The notes under the pieces were generated by a model, which was not told the origin of the DNA, searched no databases, and saw nothing but the letters and a program-made list of their open reading frames with translations. Shown in pieces: positions 45,089-57,300 of a DNA stretch of 64,000 nucleotides. The stretch's first letter is position 1, and the number at the start of each line of letters is the position of its first letter. A program made the position numbers and the translations under genes. The DNA is taken from assembly GCA_963663545.1 (NCBI GenBank), contig OY760505.1, positions 2,176,001-2,240,000 on the forward strand, in the 5' to 3' direction. The stretch comes from Candidatus Delongbacteria bacterium (GTDB lineage: Bacteria > CAIWAD01).

Positions 45089-46594
45089 ATGACGACATAT
45101 TTTCTGCGACGCTTCCTGCTGATGTTTCCAACGCTGATTGGCATTACGCTGATCGCGTTCACCATCATCCAGTTCACCCCCGGTGGACCGATGGAGCAGG
45201 AAATCATCAACCTCAAGCAAGGCATGAACCAGTTGGGTGAGACTGGTGTGCAGGGTGGGGACAACCTGACGGGGGGCGCATCCATTCCAGCAGAAGCGCT
45301 GGAAGAGATGAAGGCTTACTACGGGTACGACAAACCTATTCTTTTCAATTTCAGAATCTGGAATCCTGACAAGCACGTTGCCCGCTACATGGACGCTCTC
45401 ACCCATGAGGATGAGATGACCGCCATGCAGGCGGAGCTGGCCCCGCTCTACGATCAGTTGCGTGAGGCCACCAATAGCGACGATGCTGAAAGGATCAAGG
45501 CGACGATTGCCGAGGAGCGCAAAGAGGTCGACGCTCTGCGCAAAGAGATCGACTCGTCGCGCAGTGCCATCATTGCTTGTGCCGAGTTGGCGCTTCCTGC
45601 CCTGAAGGAAATCGCACTGGACGAAAGCGGCCAGTACAACCACCATCAGCGCGAAATGGCCATTGACCTTATCGTGAAGCGCGCGGATCTTCCCGTGTGG
45701 ACGTCACAGGACTACGAGACCAAGCTGGCTGCTGTGGAAGCGTGGGCGGAGACCGCCGTGCTGAAGGGTGCCAACCCCGTTGTTCTGGTCTGGCGCACCT
45801 TCTCCTACGGACGCTATGGCTCCTGGCTGATTTCCATCTGCCACCTCGATCTGGGACGTTCTCATCGTTATGCACGCCCTGTCTGGGACGTGATGAAGAG
45901 CAAGTTCCCGGTGTCCATTTACTTCGGTGTCATCGGCTTTGTGCTCGCCTACAGCATCTGTATTCCTCTGGGTGTCTGGAAGGCGGTTAAGCACGGCAGC
46001 TCCTTTGACACCGTCAGCTCCGTGCTGATTTTCGTGGGATACTCCACACCGGGTTGGGCGCTAGGTGCCGTGCTGCTGGTGCTCCTGGGCGGCGGCAGCT
46101 TCTGGGATGTCTTCCCGCTGGGCGGCTTCCGCAGCGAGGATTGGGAGTTCTACTCCACTTGGGGCAAGATCTGGGATCAGCTGCACCACACCATTCTGCC
46201 GCTGATCGCATGGAACATCGCCTCCTTTGCTGGCATGACCGTACTGATGAAGAATTCGCTGATGGAGAACCTGTCTTCGGACTACGTGCGTACCGCGTTC
46301 TCCAAGGGCCTTAGCGAGCGTCGTGTGATTTTCCTGCACGCGCTGCGCAACAGCCTCATTCCCCTGGCAACAGGCATCGGTGGCTTCATCGGTTTGATCT
46401 TTGCCGGTTCCTATCTCATCGAGAAGGTGTTCAACATTGATGGCTTCGGTATGCTGGGCTTTACCAGTCTGATTTACCGCGACTATCCCATTGTGCTGGC
46501 GTCCATGGTGATTGGTGCTGTGATCCGCCTGATGGGAAACATCTTCTCTGATATGGTCTACGCGGCTATCGACCCGCGTATCCGCTTCAAATAG
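45089..46594 (+). CDS. oppB: Peptide ABC transporter permease (OppB/YejB-like) with a large helical insertion
   Basis: YFLRRFLLMFPTLIG..PGGP; DLGRS; DYVRTAFSKGLSE; HALRNS; IEKVF; RDYP; DPRI. Confidence 0.88.
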   Translation: MTTYFLRRFLLMFPTLIGITLIAFTIIQFTPGGPMEQEIINLKQGMNQLGETGVQGGDNLTGGASIPAEALEEMKAYYGYDKPILFNFRIWNPDKHVARYMDALTHEDEMTAMQAELAPLYDQLREATNSDDAERIKATIAEERKEVDALRKEIDSSRSAIIACAELALPALKEIALDESGQYNHHQREMAIDLIVKRADLPVWTSQDYETKLAAVEAWAETAVLKGANPVVLVWRTFSYGRYGSWLISICHLDLGRSHRYARPVWDVMKSKFPVSIYFGVIGFVLAYSICIPLGVWKAVKHGSSFDTVSSVLIFVGYSTPGWALGAVLLVLLGGGSFWDVFPLGGFRSEDWEFYSTWGKIWDQLHHTILPLIAWNIASFAGMTVLMKNSLMENLSSDYVRTAFSKGLSERRVIFLHALRNSLIPLATGIGGFIGLIFAGSYLIEKVFNIDGFGMLGFTSLIYRDYPIVLASMVIGAVIRLMGNIFSDMVYAAIDPRIRFK

Positions 46595-46622
46595 CCTAAA
46601 CTCAGAACGGAAACTGCATACG

Positions 46623-47693
46623 ATGTTCTGGAAGAAAAAGACAGACGACGCCCCGGTGGTAAGTACTTCGCTAAGCGCAAAGCGTTGGCGCAAGTTCAAA
46701 ACCATGAAGCGCGGCTACTACTCCCTGATTATCCTGATGTGTGCCTACCTCCTTTCCTTCTTGCTGCCTGTATTCATTGGCGAAAAGGCCTTGATTCTGC
46801 ACTATGAAGGCAAAACCTATTTTCCGGTTTTCGGCACGTACCACAGTGCACAGGAGTTCGGTCAGGACCGCATTGGTACTCCCGATTACCGCATCCTGAA
46901 GCAGGAGTACAAGCAGGCGGGCGAGGGCAACTGGCTGGTTTTGCCGTTGTATCCCTTTGGCCCGAAGGAATCGCTGCTTGGAATGCCGGGCACGCCGCCG
47001 CATCGTCCAAGTGCGGAGCACTGGCTGGGCACCGATGATCGCGCGCGCGACGTTTTCTCGCGCCTGCTGTATGGCTTCCGTATTTCCATCTCCTTCGCGC
47101 TGATCTACGTATTCTTCTCTTACGTCATCGGCGTGTCCATTGGTGGCTTCCTTGGCTACTACGGCGGTGTGTTCGATATCATCGTGCAACGTGTTATCGA
47201 ACTTTGGAGCGCCATTCCCTTCATGTTCACCATCATGATCATTGTGTCGCTGATACAACCAAGCTTCTCGCTGCTTGTGTTCTTGCTGGTGCTCTTCGGC
47301 TGGATGGGAATGACCTACTATATCCGTGGCGAATTCTATCGCGAGAAGACCAAGGACTATGTGCAGGCCGCCATTTCGATGGGTTCTTCCGACCGTCGCG
47401 TGATCTTCAAGCACATCCTGCCCAACGCATTGACGCCGGTGATTTCCTTCGGCCCCTTCGCCGTGGTCGGTGGTATCGGCTCGCTGGTCTCGCTGGACTA
47501 TCTGGGCTTTGGTTTGCCGCCCGATGAGCCTTCCTGGGGTTCCATGGTAAAGGTCGGTATGGCCAACATTACCGACTGGTGGCTGGTGCTCGCGCCCATC
47601 GGCGCCATGTTCATCACCCTGCTGTTGGTGGTGTTCATTGGCGAGGGCGTGCGCGAAGCCTTTGATCCCAAGGTTTACTCAAGGCTGCGTTAA
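46623..47693 (+). CDS. oppC: Peptide ABC transporter permease (OppC/YejE-like)
   Basis: HWLGTDD.ARDV.SRL.YG.RIS; DYVQAA..G; HILPN; GEGVREAFDP. Confidence 0.9.
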   Translation: MFWKKKTDDAPVVSTSLSAKRWRKFKTMKRGYYSLIILMCAYLLSFLLPVFIGEKALILHYEGKTYFPVFGTYHSAQEFGQDRIGTPDYRILKQEYKQAGEGNWLVLPLYPFGPKESLLGMPGTPPHRPSAEHWLGTDDRARDVFSRLLYGFRISISFALIYVFFSYVIGVSIGGFLGYYGGVFDIIVQRVIELWSAIPFMFTIMIIVSLIQPSFSLLVFLLVLFGWMGMTYYIRGEFYREKTKDYVQAAISMGSSDRRVIFKHILPNALTPVISFGPFAVVGGIGSLVSLDYLGFGLPPDEPSWGSMVKVGMANITDWWLVLAPIGAMFITLLLVVFIGEGVREAFDPKVYSRLR

Positions 47694-47717
47694 GCAAGCG
47701 GACAGGCGAGGATACTG

Positions 47718-48743
47718 ATGAGCGACCTGCTGTTTAAAATCAATAATCTGCAGACCCACTTCTTCACCGAGGCCGGAACGGTCCGTGCGGTGGATGGGGT
47801 CAGTTTCTACATCAAGCGCGGCGAAGTGCTTGGCATCGTGGGCGAATCCGGATCGGGCAAGTCGGTGACCTGCCTTTCCATCAATCGCCTGATTCCCAAC
47901 CCGCCCGGCCGCATCGTGGGCGGCGAGGTTCTGTACTACAAGGACCCGGAAAAGGCACCCATCGATCTGCTGAAGCTCAGCTACGAGAAGATGCGCCACT
48001 ACCGCGGCGAAGACATCGGCATGATCTTCCAGGAGCCGATGACCAGTCTCAATCCGGTGTTCACCATCGGCATGCAGATGTCCGAGTCGGTCCGCTATCA
48101 TCGCAACATCTCCAAGCAGGAAGCGATGAAGATGGCGCTGGATATGCTGAAGGCTGTGGGTATACCGGCTCCTGAGAAGCGCATGGACGACTATCCGCAC
48201 CAGTTCTCGGGCGGTATGCGTCAGCGCGTGATGATTGCCATGGCGCTGGTTTGTGAACCGGCTCTGTTGATTGCCGACGAGCCCACCACAGCGCTGGATG
48301 TGACCATTCAGGCGCAGATCCTCAAGCTGATGCTGGACATGAAGGAGCATCGCAAAGACGCTTCCATTGTGCTGATTACGCACGATCTGGCTGTGGTTGC
48401 CGAAACCTGCAGCCGCGTCATCGTGATGTACGGTGGGCACATTCAAGAGACCGCCGACGTCTACGAGCTCTTCGATAATCCGCTGCATCCCTATACCGAA
48501 GGTCTGCTGGGTAGCCTGCCTCGTCCCGACAAGGAGAGACAGCGTCGCCTGACCACCATTCGCGGTATGGTGCCCAGCATGCTCAAGATGCCCAAGGGCT
48601 GCCGTTTCTGCACGCGCTGCGACAAGGCCATGCCCCAGTGCACCGACCAGGTACCCAAGATGAAGGAAGTCAAGCCGGGGCACTTTGTCCGCTGTCATCT
48701 GTACAACGACGCCCCCGACGCTTCCGCGCAGGATCAGGCCTGA
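47718..48743 (+). CDS. oppD: Peptide ABC transporter ATPase
   Basis: GESGSGKS, FQEPMTSLNP, YPHQFSGGMRQR, ADEPTTALDVTIQ, HPYT, GCRF..RC. Confidence 0.93.
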   Translation: MSDLLFKINNLQTHFFTEAGTVRAVDGVSFYIKRGEVLGIVGESGSGKSVTCLSINRLIPNPPGRIVGGEVLYYKDPEKAPIDLLKLSYEKMRHYRGEDIGMIFQEPMTSLNPVFTIGMQMSESVRYHRNISKQEAMKMALDMLKAVGIPAPEKRMDDYPHQFSGGMRQRVMIAMALVCEPALLIADEPTTALDVTIQAQILKLMLDMKEHRKDASIVLITHDLAVVAETCSRVIVMYGGHIQETADVYELFDNPLHPYTEGLLGSLPRPDKERQRRLTTIRGMVPSMLKMPKGCRFCTRCDKAMPQCTDQVPKMKEVKPGHFVRCHLYNDAPDASAQDQA

Positions 48744-48760
48744 GGTAGAAGGATAATCCG

Positions 48761-49783
48761 ATGAGTCAGAAGAATAACGACCAAGAGTTGCTTCGCGTAG
48801 AGGATCTTCGCGTTCACTTCCCGATCCACGGTGGCTTGTTTATGCGCAAGGTGGCCGAGGTGAAGGCGGTTGACGGTGTTTCCTTTACCGTTAAGAAGGG
48901 CGAGACCCTGGGTCTGGTGGGTGAATCCGGTTGCGGCAAAACCACCGTTGGACGAGCTATTGTCAACATTCTGCGTTCGGGATCACCCGACGTGGAAATC
49001 TACGGCAAGATCTTGTTCAACAGCGACGAGGGCTGGGTTGATCTGGCCGCGTTGCATCGCAAGGACATGCGCCGCTTCCGCAAAGACATCCAGATGATTT
49101 TCCAGGATCCATTCTCCAGCCTCAATCCTCGTATGCTGGTCAAGGAGATCATCACCGAGCCCTTGGAAATCACCCAACCCGAGATGAGTCCCAAGGAGCG
49201 CGACGAGCGTGCCTTCTGGCTGCTTGACAAGGTGGGTCTTTCCGGTGAGCAGGCGTATCGTTATCCGCACGAGTTCTCCGGTGGTCAGCGTCAGCGCGTT
49301 GGTTTTGCCCGTGCTCTGGCGACCAATCCCAAGTTGATCGTTGCCGATGAGCCCGTGTCCGCGCTGGATGTGTCCATTCAGGCGCAGGTCATCAACCTGC
49401 TGCAGGACCTGCAGGAAGAATTCAACCTGACCTATATGTTCATTGCCCATGACCTTTCGGTGGTGGAACATATCAGCAACCGCATCGCGGTGATGTACCT
49501 GGGCAACATGGTGGAACTGGGCGAAGCCCAGACCGTGTATCGCAAGCCGGCGCATCCCTATTCGCGCGCACTACTTGATTCCGTGCCGTTGCCGGACCCG
49601 CACCGCGTGAAGACGCGCGATCGCAAAGTGCTCGAAGGCGATGTGCCGAACCCGATCATGAAGCCTTCGGGCTGTGCGTTCCGCACTCGTTGCCCCATTG
49701 CGCGCCCTGAGTGTGCGCAGGCGGTGCCCGAGTTCAAGAACCGCGGCGAGAACCACTTTGTGGCCTGCCCTTTCACGGAGTAG
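48761..49783 (+). CDS. oppF: Peptide ABC transporter ATPase
   Basis: [44 protein letters not shown]. Confidence 0.93.
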   Translation: MSQKNNDQELLRVEDLRVHFPIHGGLFMRKVAEVKAVDGVSFTVKKGETLGLVGESGCGKTTVGRAIVNILRSGSPDVEIYGKILFNSDEGWVDLAALHRKDMRRFRKDIQMIFQDPFSSLNPRMLVKEIITEPLEITQPEMSPKERDERAFWLLDKVGLSGEQAYRYPHEFSGGQRQRVGFARALATNPKLIVADEPVSALDVSIQAQVINLLQDLQEEFNLTYMFIAHDLSVVEHISNRIAVMYLGNMVELGEAQTVYRKPAHPYSRALLDSVPLPDPHRVKTRDRKVLEGDVPNPIMKPSGCAFRTRCPIARPECAQAVPEFKNRGENHFVACPFTE

Positions 49784-49803
49784 GTGATACAACTGCATGT
49801 GAC

Positions 49804-49839
49804 ACAGAGCCAGTTGGTCCGCCGGCTGGCTCTGTTTGT
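49804..49839 (+). terminator. Hairpin/terminator after the opp operon
   Basis: ACAGAGCCAGTTGG-TCCG-CCGGCTGGCTCTGT-TTGT. Confidence 0.65.
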
Positions 49840-49857
49840 ATCTGGAGCGTGTGATAC

Positions 49858-50853
49858 ATGGAACTGGAACTGGCACTGGCTCTTCTCAAGATCGTTGCCG
49901 GCTTCTTCCTGCTAATCAAGGGTGCCGACTGGCTGGTAGAGGGAGCCACCGACTTCGCCCGTCGACTGCATGTGCCCGAGATGATCATTGGACTGACCAT
50001 TGTATCACTGGGCACCAGTATGCCCGAGTTGGTCGTCGGCCTGCGAGCGGTCTTCGCGGGTGCCAACGATGCCGTCATGGGCAACGTGCTGGGTTCCAAC
50101 ATCATGAACACCATGCTGGTGCTGGGCGCTGCAGGACTTGTATCACGCGGACCACTCCCTTTTGAGCGACGCAGCCTGCGCCGTGATATTCCCATCAATC
50201 TGCTGGTGTCTTGTGCACTGTTGCTAATGTGCAATGAGTTCTGGCTGTGTGATACAACTATGCTGTCGCGTTGGGATGGCCTCCTGCTGCTCGCCGGTTT
50301 TGTTGCTTTCACCATGTACATGGTGCGTTGTGCGCGAAAGGGTCGTGATACACAGCCACAGGAGTCTCACGAAGAGCCGCGTCCCGTATGGAAGAGCACC
50401 ATGCTGTTTCTTTTGGGAATTGGCGCCTTGAGTTTCGGTGGCGAGCTTGCGGTAAGCGGTTCGCTAGTCGCTGCAGCGCTTCTTGGCTTGAGTGAGAAAC
50501 TTATTGGTGTGCTGATCCTTGCTGGCGGCACCAGTTTGCCTGAGTTGGTAACCAGTGTGGTGGCTGTACGCAAGAGCCAGGCGGGAATCGCCATTGGCAA
50601 CGTGCTGGGCTCCAACATTGCCAATATTCTGCTGGTGTTGGGAGCAAACAGCGCAATACGTCCCTTAGTCTACAACCCTGAGCTGAACGTAGACCAGGCC
50701 TTTGTCATCGGCTCGCTTGTTCTGCTTAGCCTTTTCATGTTGATTCAGCTGGGCGGCAAGCGCTGCGAGCAGAACTCGCTCAGCAAAATCGAAGCGGGAA
50801 TTCTGACGGCGAGCTACGTCGCCTACACCCTTTTTGTTTTGGTCCGCTCCTGA
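49858..50853 (+). CDS. yrbG: Ca2+/Na+ antiporter (CaCA family)
   Basis: Two alpha repeats, GTSMPE...GNVLGSNI and GTSLPE...GNVLGSNI. Confidence 0.9.
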   Translation: MELELALALLKIVAGFFLLIKGADWLVEGATDFARRLHVPEMIIGLTIVSLGTSMPELVVGLRAVFAGANDAVMGNVLGSNIMNTMLVLGAAGLVSRGPLPFERRSLRRDIPINLLVSCALLLMCNEFWLCDTTMLSRWDGLLLLAGFVAFTMYMVRCARKGRDTQPQESHEEPRPVWKSTMLFLLGIGALSFGGELAVSGSLVAAALLGLSEKLIGVLILAGGTSLPELVTSVVAVRKSQAGIAIGNVLGSNIANILLVLGANSAIRPLVYNPELNVDQAFVIGSLVLLSLFMLIQLGGKRCEQNSLSKIEAGILTASYVAYTLFVLVRS

Positions 50854-51372
50854 ACTCCGACGCAAGCAGTGAAAACTCCCTCGTGTGAGATTTTGCCGTC
50901 TTCTGATAAGCATTGTTTGCTGTATGCGGCTAGATAACTGAAGCCTTGATCAATTTCTACTGCACGATTGTAAAATGGTGCTGTGCATCTCAGCTTTGAG
51001 GCTTATTCCTTTGAGTCCATTCGAGACCAATACTCACCAGATGGTGGCCAGAACAAGTTTTTATAACTCATTTTTCCAACAAGCTCTGGAAATCTGGAAC
51101 TATACGGTTCCATTTCTCACCTTGGATACCTAGGATTCCATCAAGTAGATCCAGCTCAGAATCAAACCAGAAGTGACATCAGCCAGCAATAAAAACAGAC
51201 AACAGCTAAAGCTGGGCTTGCAAAAGGCCGATGCACAACTCGCTGCATTTTGCAACAGGGATACGGATCCAGCGGATCCAAAAAAATGACAGAGAAGACG
51301 AAACAAGATAGAGGAACGACCGTGCCAAGGGTTGGTGAACCCGTGGTCGGAGTTCGGTTTTTGGAGGGACAG

Positions 51373-54300
51373 ATGCAGAAGGCACGCTACTTGCTCCTGT
51401 TGCTTCTCGTTACCAGTCTCACAGCACTTGCCGTCCCGCGCTATGACGCGGGAAATCCATTTCCTGCTGTGACGATTGACGAGGACAACCAGCTTGTTGT
51501 GGATGACGTACTAACGCACTTCTACAACGACGAGGAAGGCGGTCTGGTCGCGTATCAGAACGCCACATCCAACAGGCCAGGATTCAGCCTGAGCTACAAT
51601 CAGGGTGATGATCAACTGACCATCACACCGCCCGCCGATTGGAATACGGCGGAGGACAATGCTGGCAGCCCGGTGGTCATTACCATCGTGGTTACGGACA
51701 ATCCTTCTGTGCGCGCAACCGCGTCAGGTGCATTTCAGCTGACCATTTCAGCTGTGAATGATGCCCCTGAGCTGGATGAGGCTTTCGTTGCCATCACCAC
51801 AGCAGAGGACACACCCTTTACTCTCGCAGAGGCGGATCTGCTGAGCCACTTTGTGGATCAGGAAGACGACGCCCTGGAGATCACGGCGCTAAGCTTCAAT
51901 CATGGCGAAGCCGTGCTGGACGGCGGTACCTGGACCGTTACGCCGGATCTGAACTACTTCGGTGCGGGCACAGTCAGTATGACGGTTGCCGAGTCCGCTA
52001 CAGCCGAGCAGTACGAGGTCAACGCGAATATCTCGGTCACCGTGACTGCGGTCAACGACAGTCCGGTCGTCGCTGTCCCGCTTGACGACGACAATACCAA
52101 TGAAGATGTCGCTTACACCGTGTCGGCCCTGTTGGGCCATTTCTCGGATGTAGAGCAAGCCACGCTGGGATTCAGCAATGCTACTTACGATGTGGCTGGC
52201 TTCACTCACGTCTGGAACGGTACGGACCTGACCATCACGCCTCCCGCCAACTGGAACAGCGACGAAGACAACGGCGGAGCCGGTGTCAGCGTGACCATCA
52301 CTGTCAATGACGGTGTGGGCGGAACGGTGCAGGACGTTTTCGTGCTTACCGTTGACGCTGTGAACGACAACCCCGTCTACGATGGCGAGCTTGTTGACTT
52401 GAGTGTCGATGAGGACAATAGCATCAACGTGGACGAGGCCGACATTCTGGCCGAGTTCTACGACGAAGACGGCGATGCGCTGGGTGTATTTGATGTTACC
52501 ATGACCAATGGTAGCACCATGCCCGGCATCGGTCTGTGGACGCTGATTCCGGACGCAGACTTCTACGGCGACTGCACGGTTACCGTGACGGTGTCCGAGC
52601 CCTTCACTCCCGAACAGTACTCGGTCCAGGGTACCTTCACCCTGACGGTGAATCCGGTAAACGATGCTCCCGTGCTGACCACGCCCTTCACCGCGATGGA
52701 TCCGGATGAGGACGAGAACTTCACCGTTTTCAACATCCCCACCCACTTCACCGATGTTGACGGCGACGTGCTCACGGTGGTCAACGCAGAGGCCGATGGC
52801 CCCGGCTTGAACTTCACCATTTTCTCCGGCAATGTGCTGGTCGAGCCCGATCCGAACACTAATGGCGACTATGTGCTGACGCTGACCGTCAGCGATGGCG
52901 CTCTGACGGCCCAGGGTACGGTGGATGTGACCATTCTGCCCATCAACGATGCGCCCTACAACGACGTGGTCTTCGATGACGTCATCGGCACCGAAGACAT
53001 AGAATTCGTGGTTGAGGATGTAATTGGTGGCCACTTCGACGATGTGGACAACCCCGCGGATCTGATCCTCAGCGATGTCAGCGCCAACGTGGTGGGTTTC
53101 GAATTCAGCTACAGCGAAGTCGACGATGAGCTCACCGTTACACCGCCTGCCAACTACAACGGCGAGGCCGTACTGACCCTGACCATCGACGATCAGGCTT
53201 TGCGCTTAACCACTACGGCCACGATCAATGTGACTCTGGCTTCGGTCAACGACGAGCCCACCAATGCCGCCCAGATCGCGGATCGCAACATCAATGAAGA
53301 TGCCAGCGTCACTGTCAACAACCTGCTGGACTACTTTGATGATGTGGATCTAAACGATGCCACGCCCGATGAGCTGTCTCTGCTGGAAGCTGCTGTTCTG
53401 ATGGGTGATGGCACCGCCGTTCTCGGCGCGAACTCTGTCACGGTTACTCCTGCAGCGAATTTCAATGGTGTAATGACCATTGGAATCGCCGTGACTGACC
53501 TGCACGGAGGCACGCAGGGTCAGACCTTCAGTGTGAACGTCGCTGCTGTGAACGACGCACCCTATCTGTCCGGCGTATTGGCTGCCCGGGGCGTGGATGA
53601 GGACGATGTCCTCAACGTGCTCGAGGCTGACCTGCTGGCCGCTTTCAGCGATGTGGATCTGCTGGATGCTGGCAGCACCGAGGCGCTGACTGTTGTCAAC
53701 CTCAGTGGTGCGCACCTGACCCGCGTAGACAACGGCGACAACTGGGATCTGACTCCTGAGGCAGACTGGAATGGCAACATCACCGTGACGGTGACCGTGG
53801 CCGATCAGGCCGCCGTGCAGACGACGGGTACCTTCGTTCTGACCGTTATGTACATGGAGGACGCGCCGATCCTGGCTACGGCTTTCGATGACGAGCTCAT
53901 CGACGAGGACACCGGCTACTCCATCAGCCTTGCGGAGATTCTCGGTCACTTCGATGACGAGGATTTGCCCTATGGCGATCATCTTTCCGTCGACGACGTC
54001 CAATTGTCCAATCCCGACTGGGGAGTTGTGATCGGTGATCCTGTGGTAATCACACCGGACGCTGACATTGTCGCCAGTACCAACGTCACGATCATCGTCG
54101 TCGACGATTTGGGCAACGACATCTCCGACAGCTTTGATATCGACATCAATCCGATCAACGACTGTCTGGTAATGGACGGAGATGGCTATGCTGATCGCAG
54201 CATCAGCGAGGACGCCAACTGGACCGTGAATGCCACCCAGTACGTGGCCAACAATTACAGCGACATCGACGGCGACGCCCTCAGTCTGCAGTCAATCACT

Positions 54301-57300
54301 CTGGATGACGGTACCGCGGTCAACTCCGGTGGCGGCATCTGGACCGTGACCCCCGATGCCAACTACCATGGCATCATCACCGTTACCATGACCGTCACCG
54401 ACGGCACTTGCACGGTGGATGACCAGTGGCTACTGACGGTCAATTCCGTCAACGACAACCCCACCTTCACGGGCTCCTTCGCCGATGTTACCACCGACGA
54501 GGATGTGGCCTTTACGGTGGTCGATCCCACTGCACAGTTCAGTGATGTGGATGCCGAAGACGAGCTGAGCGTGACCCAGTGGACGGCCAAGGTCTTGGGC
54601 GTGACCGTACCCGGCTTCACCTTTGTGGCTTCAGGTGACGATTACATCATCACTCCGCCTGCCGATTACAATACCGATGGCGGCAATGATGTGATAATCA
54701 CCATGACGGTCGGTGATGGCACGGCTACGGTTCAGGCTGGCTTTGACCTGAGCATCGACGCGGTCAACGACTGCCCGCGCGAGAACGAGGCCAACCCGCT
54801 GAACAACCTGGTGACCAACGAGGACACCGCTGTCACCTTCACCGATGCTGGCATCCTGAGCCACTTCATCGATGTTGAAGGCGACGCCATGTTCGTGGAG
54901 TCGGTGGAGATCGAAGGCGGGTCAACCGACTACGATGGCAACACCTGGACGGTAACACCGCCTCCCGAATTCAACGGCATCATTCCCATCGTCTACCGCG
55001 TCAACGACGGTATGTGCAGCGACGAAGTCGAGCAGAACCTGGTGGTGACCTCCATCGCCGACTGCCCGGTTTACGACGGTGAGCTTGCCGACCTGAGCAC
55101 CGATGAGGATCTTCCGCTGGAAGTCTCTGAGGCCACGCTGGTAGCCGAGTTCAGCGATCCTGATGAGGACGAGCTGACGGTAGATGTTGACAACAGCTTC
55201 TGGGCCAACGGCACCATCAGCGTTGCTGGCGGCGTCGTGACCTTCGCGCCGGACGAGGACTACAACGGCACCAGCGAGGTGACATTGGCCGTGACGGATG
55301 GCCTTTGCCCCGTTACCGGTACCTTCGATCTGACGGTCGTCAGTGTCAACGACGAGCCCGTGGCGAGCGCGGCCATTGATCCCATCATCACGGCGGAGGA
55401 CACGCCCTTCGCGCTGACTGCGGCTGAGTTGATCGCCCAGTACAGTGACGTGGATGGCGATGCATTGGCCATCCATGACCTGGTCTTTGATCAGGGCAGT
55501 TACGAGCTGTTCGAGGGACTCTACACCTTCACGCCGGATCAGGATTACAACGGTGCCGCTTCCCTCTACGTGGACGTGATCGAGGTCGGCACTGCCGAGC
55601 TTTATACCGCCAACAATACCATCGCGGTAACGGTCACTCCGGTGAACGACGCACCGGTATTGGAGACGGCGTTTGAAGACGCTGCCACCGATGAAGAAGT
55701 CGCCTACACCGTAATCGATGCGGCCGACCACTTCTCTGATGTGGACCTTGACGAGCTGGAAGTGGTCGATGTGACCTTCGTGCCTGACAATGCCGATTTC
55801 GACATTGACGGCGCCAACGTGGTGATCGATCCCGATCAGGACTTCGTCGGCGACATCGTGGTCACTGTGGTCGTCTCGGACGGCAACGGCGGTAGTGAGG
55901 ACGGCAGCTTCACGTTGACGGTCAACCCCATCAATGATGCCCCAGAACTGCTGGTGCCATATGCCGCTGTGAATAGCGACGAGGATGTCGCTTTCACCGT
56001 TGCCAACCTGCTTAGCGGCCACTGGACGGACGTCGACATGGACGACCTGACGGTCAGCTTCAGCGACAACCTGCCTACCCGCGACTTCACCTTTACGTAC
56101 GACACGGATGAGGATGAGCTGTCGGTCATTCCGCCGCAGGACTACAACGGCAACGCTGTGCTGACGGTGACCGTGGATGATCGTCAGTTGCGACTGACGG
56201 CTTCCGCCAACATCAACGTGAGCATTGCGCCGGTCAACGACCTGCCCGTTTTGGTGACACCCTTCCCCGACAACCTGACCGAGGTTGAGGACCAGGACTA
56301 CGCCGCTGTGGGCAGCTACATCCTTGATCGCTATACCGATGTGGACGGCGACGAGCTGGGCATTATCAGTATCGATTTCGAGCCGGGCGACGCCGACTTT
56401 GACGGTGACGAGACCTACTACTTCCATCCCGAGCCCAACTACAATGGTGTGATCGAGGTGCTGTACGTCGTCACCGACGGTCACCCCGGTGGCCTGGTGG
56501 CTGGCAGCTACAATGTGACCTACGCCTTTGTCAATGACGCTCCGACCCTGGTGGGCGGCATCGCCGACCAGGATATTCCGGAAGACGGCCAGGTCGTTAT
56601 CAGCGAAGCTGACATTCTGGCGCAGTTCGACGATGTGGATCTGCCCTACGAGGACGAGCTGAGCATTCTTGACATCGAGATGACCCACGGCACGGTCAGC
56701 CAGGCTGGTGGCGATGTTACCTTTACGGTGGCCGCCGACTACGCCGAGACCTGTACAGTGGATATCACCATTCAGGATCTTGCCGGTGCCACCGCCAGCG
56801 ATCAGTTCATCTTTACGGTGAACCCGCTCAACAACGACGCACCCGAGCTGGTCACGGCATTCGACGACGACAGCGTTGTCGAGGGCTCGACCTGGTACAT
56901 CGAGATTGCTGAAGTGCTGAGCCACTTCGACGATATCGATGGCGACGCATTATCCCTATTAACCGTTCTTTTCGACAACACGACATTGGGCGTGGTGCCG
57001 AGCGACGGTCCTGTCCGCGAGGCTTTCACCCACGTGGCAGCCACTCCGCTGGACGAGAATTTCGTCGGTACAAGTACACTGACCTTCATTGTCATGGATC
57101 CCGAAGGCTTGACCGCCGAGGGCAGCATTGATCTGACCTGGACCGCTGTGGATGACGACCCGATCCTGGCAATCCCCTTCGATCCGATCCTGGGCGAAGA
57201 GGATGTGGAGTTCACCATTGCCGGTATCACCTCGCATTACGATGAAGTGGACGGTGAAGACCTGCAGGTCAGCAACCCCGTCGCCAGCGTGGAAGGCTTC

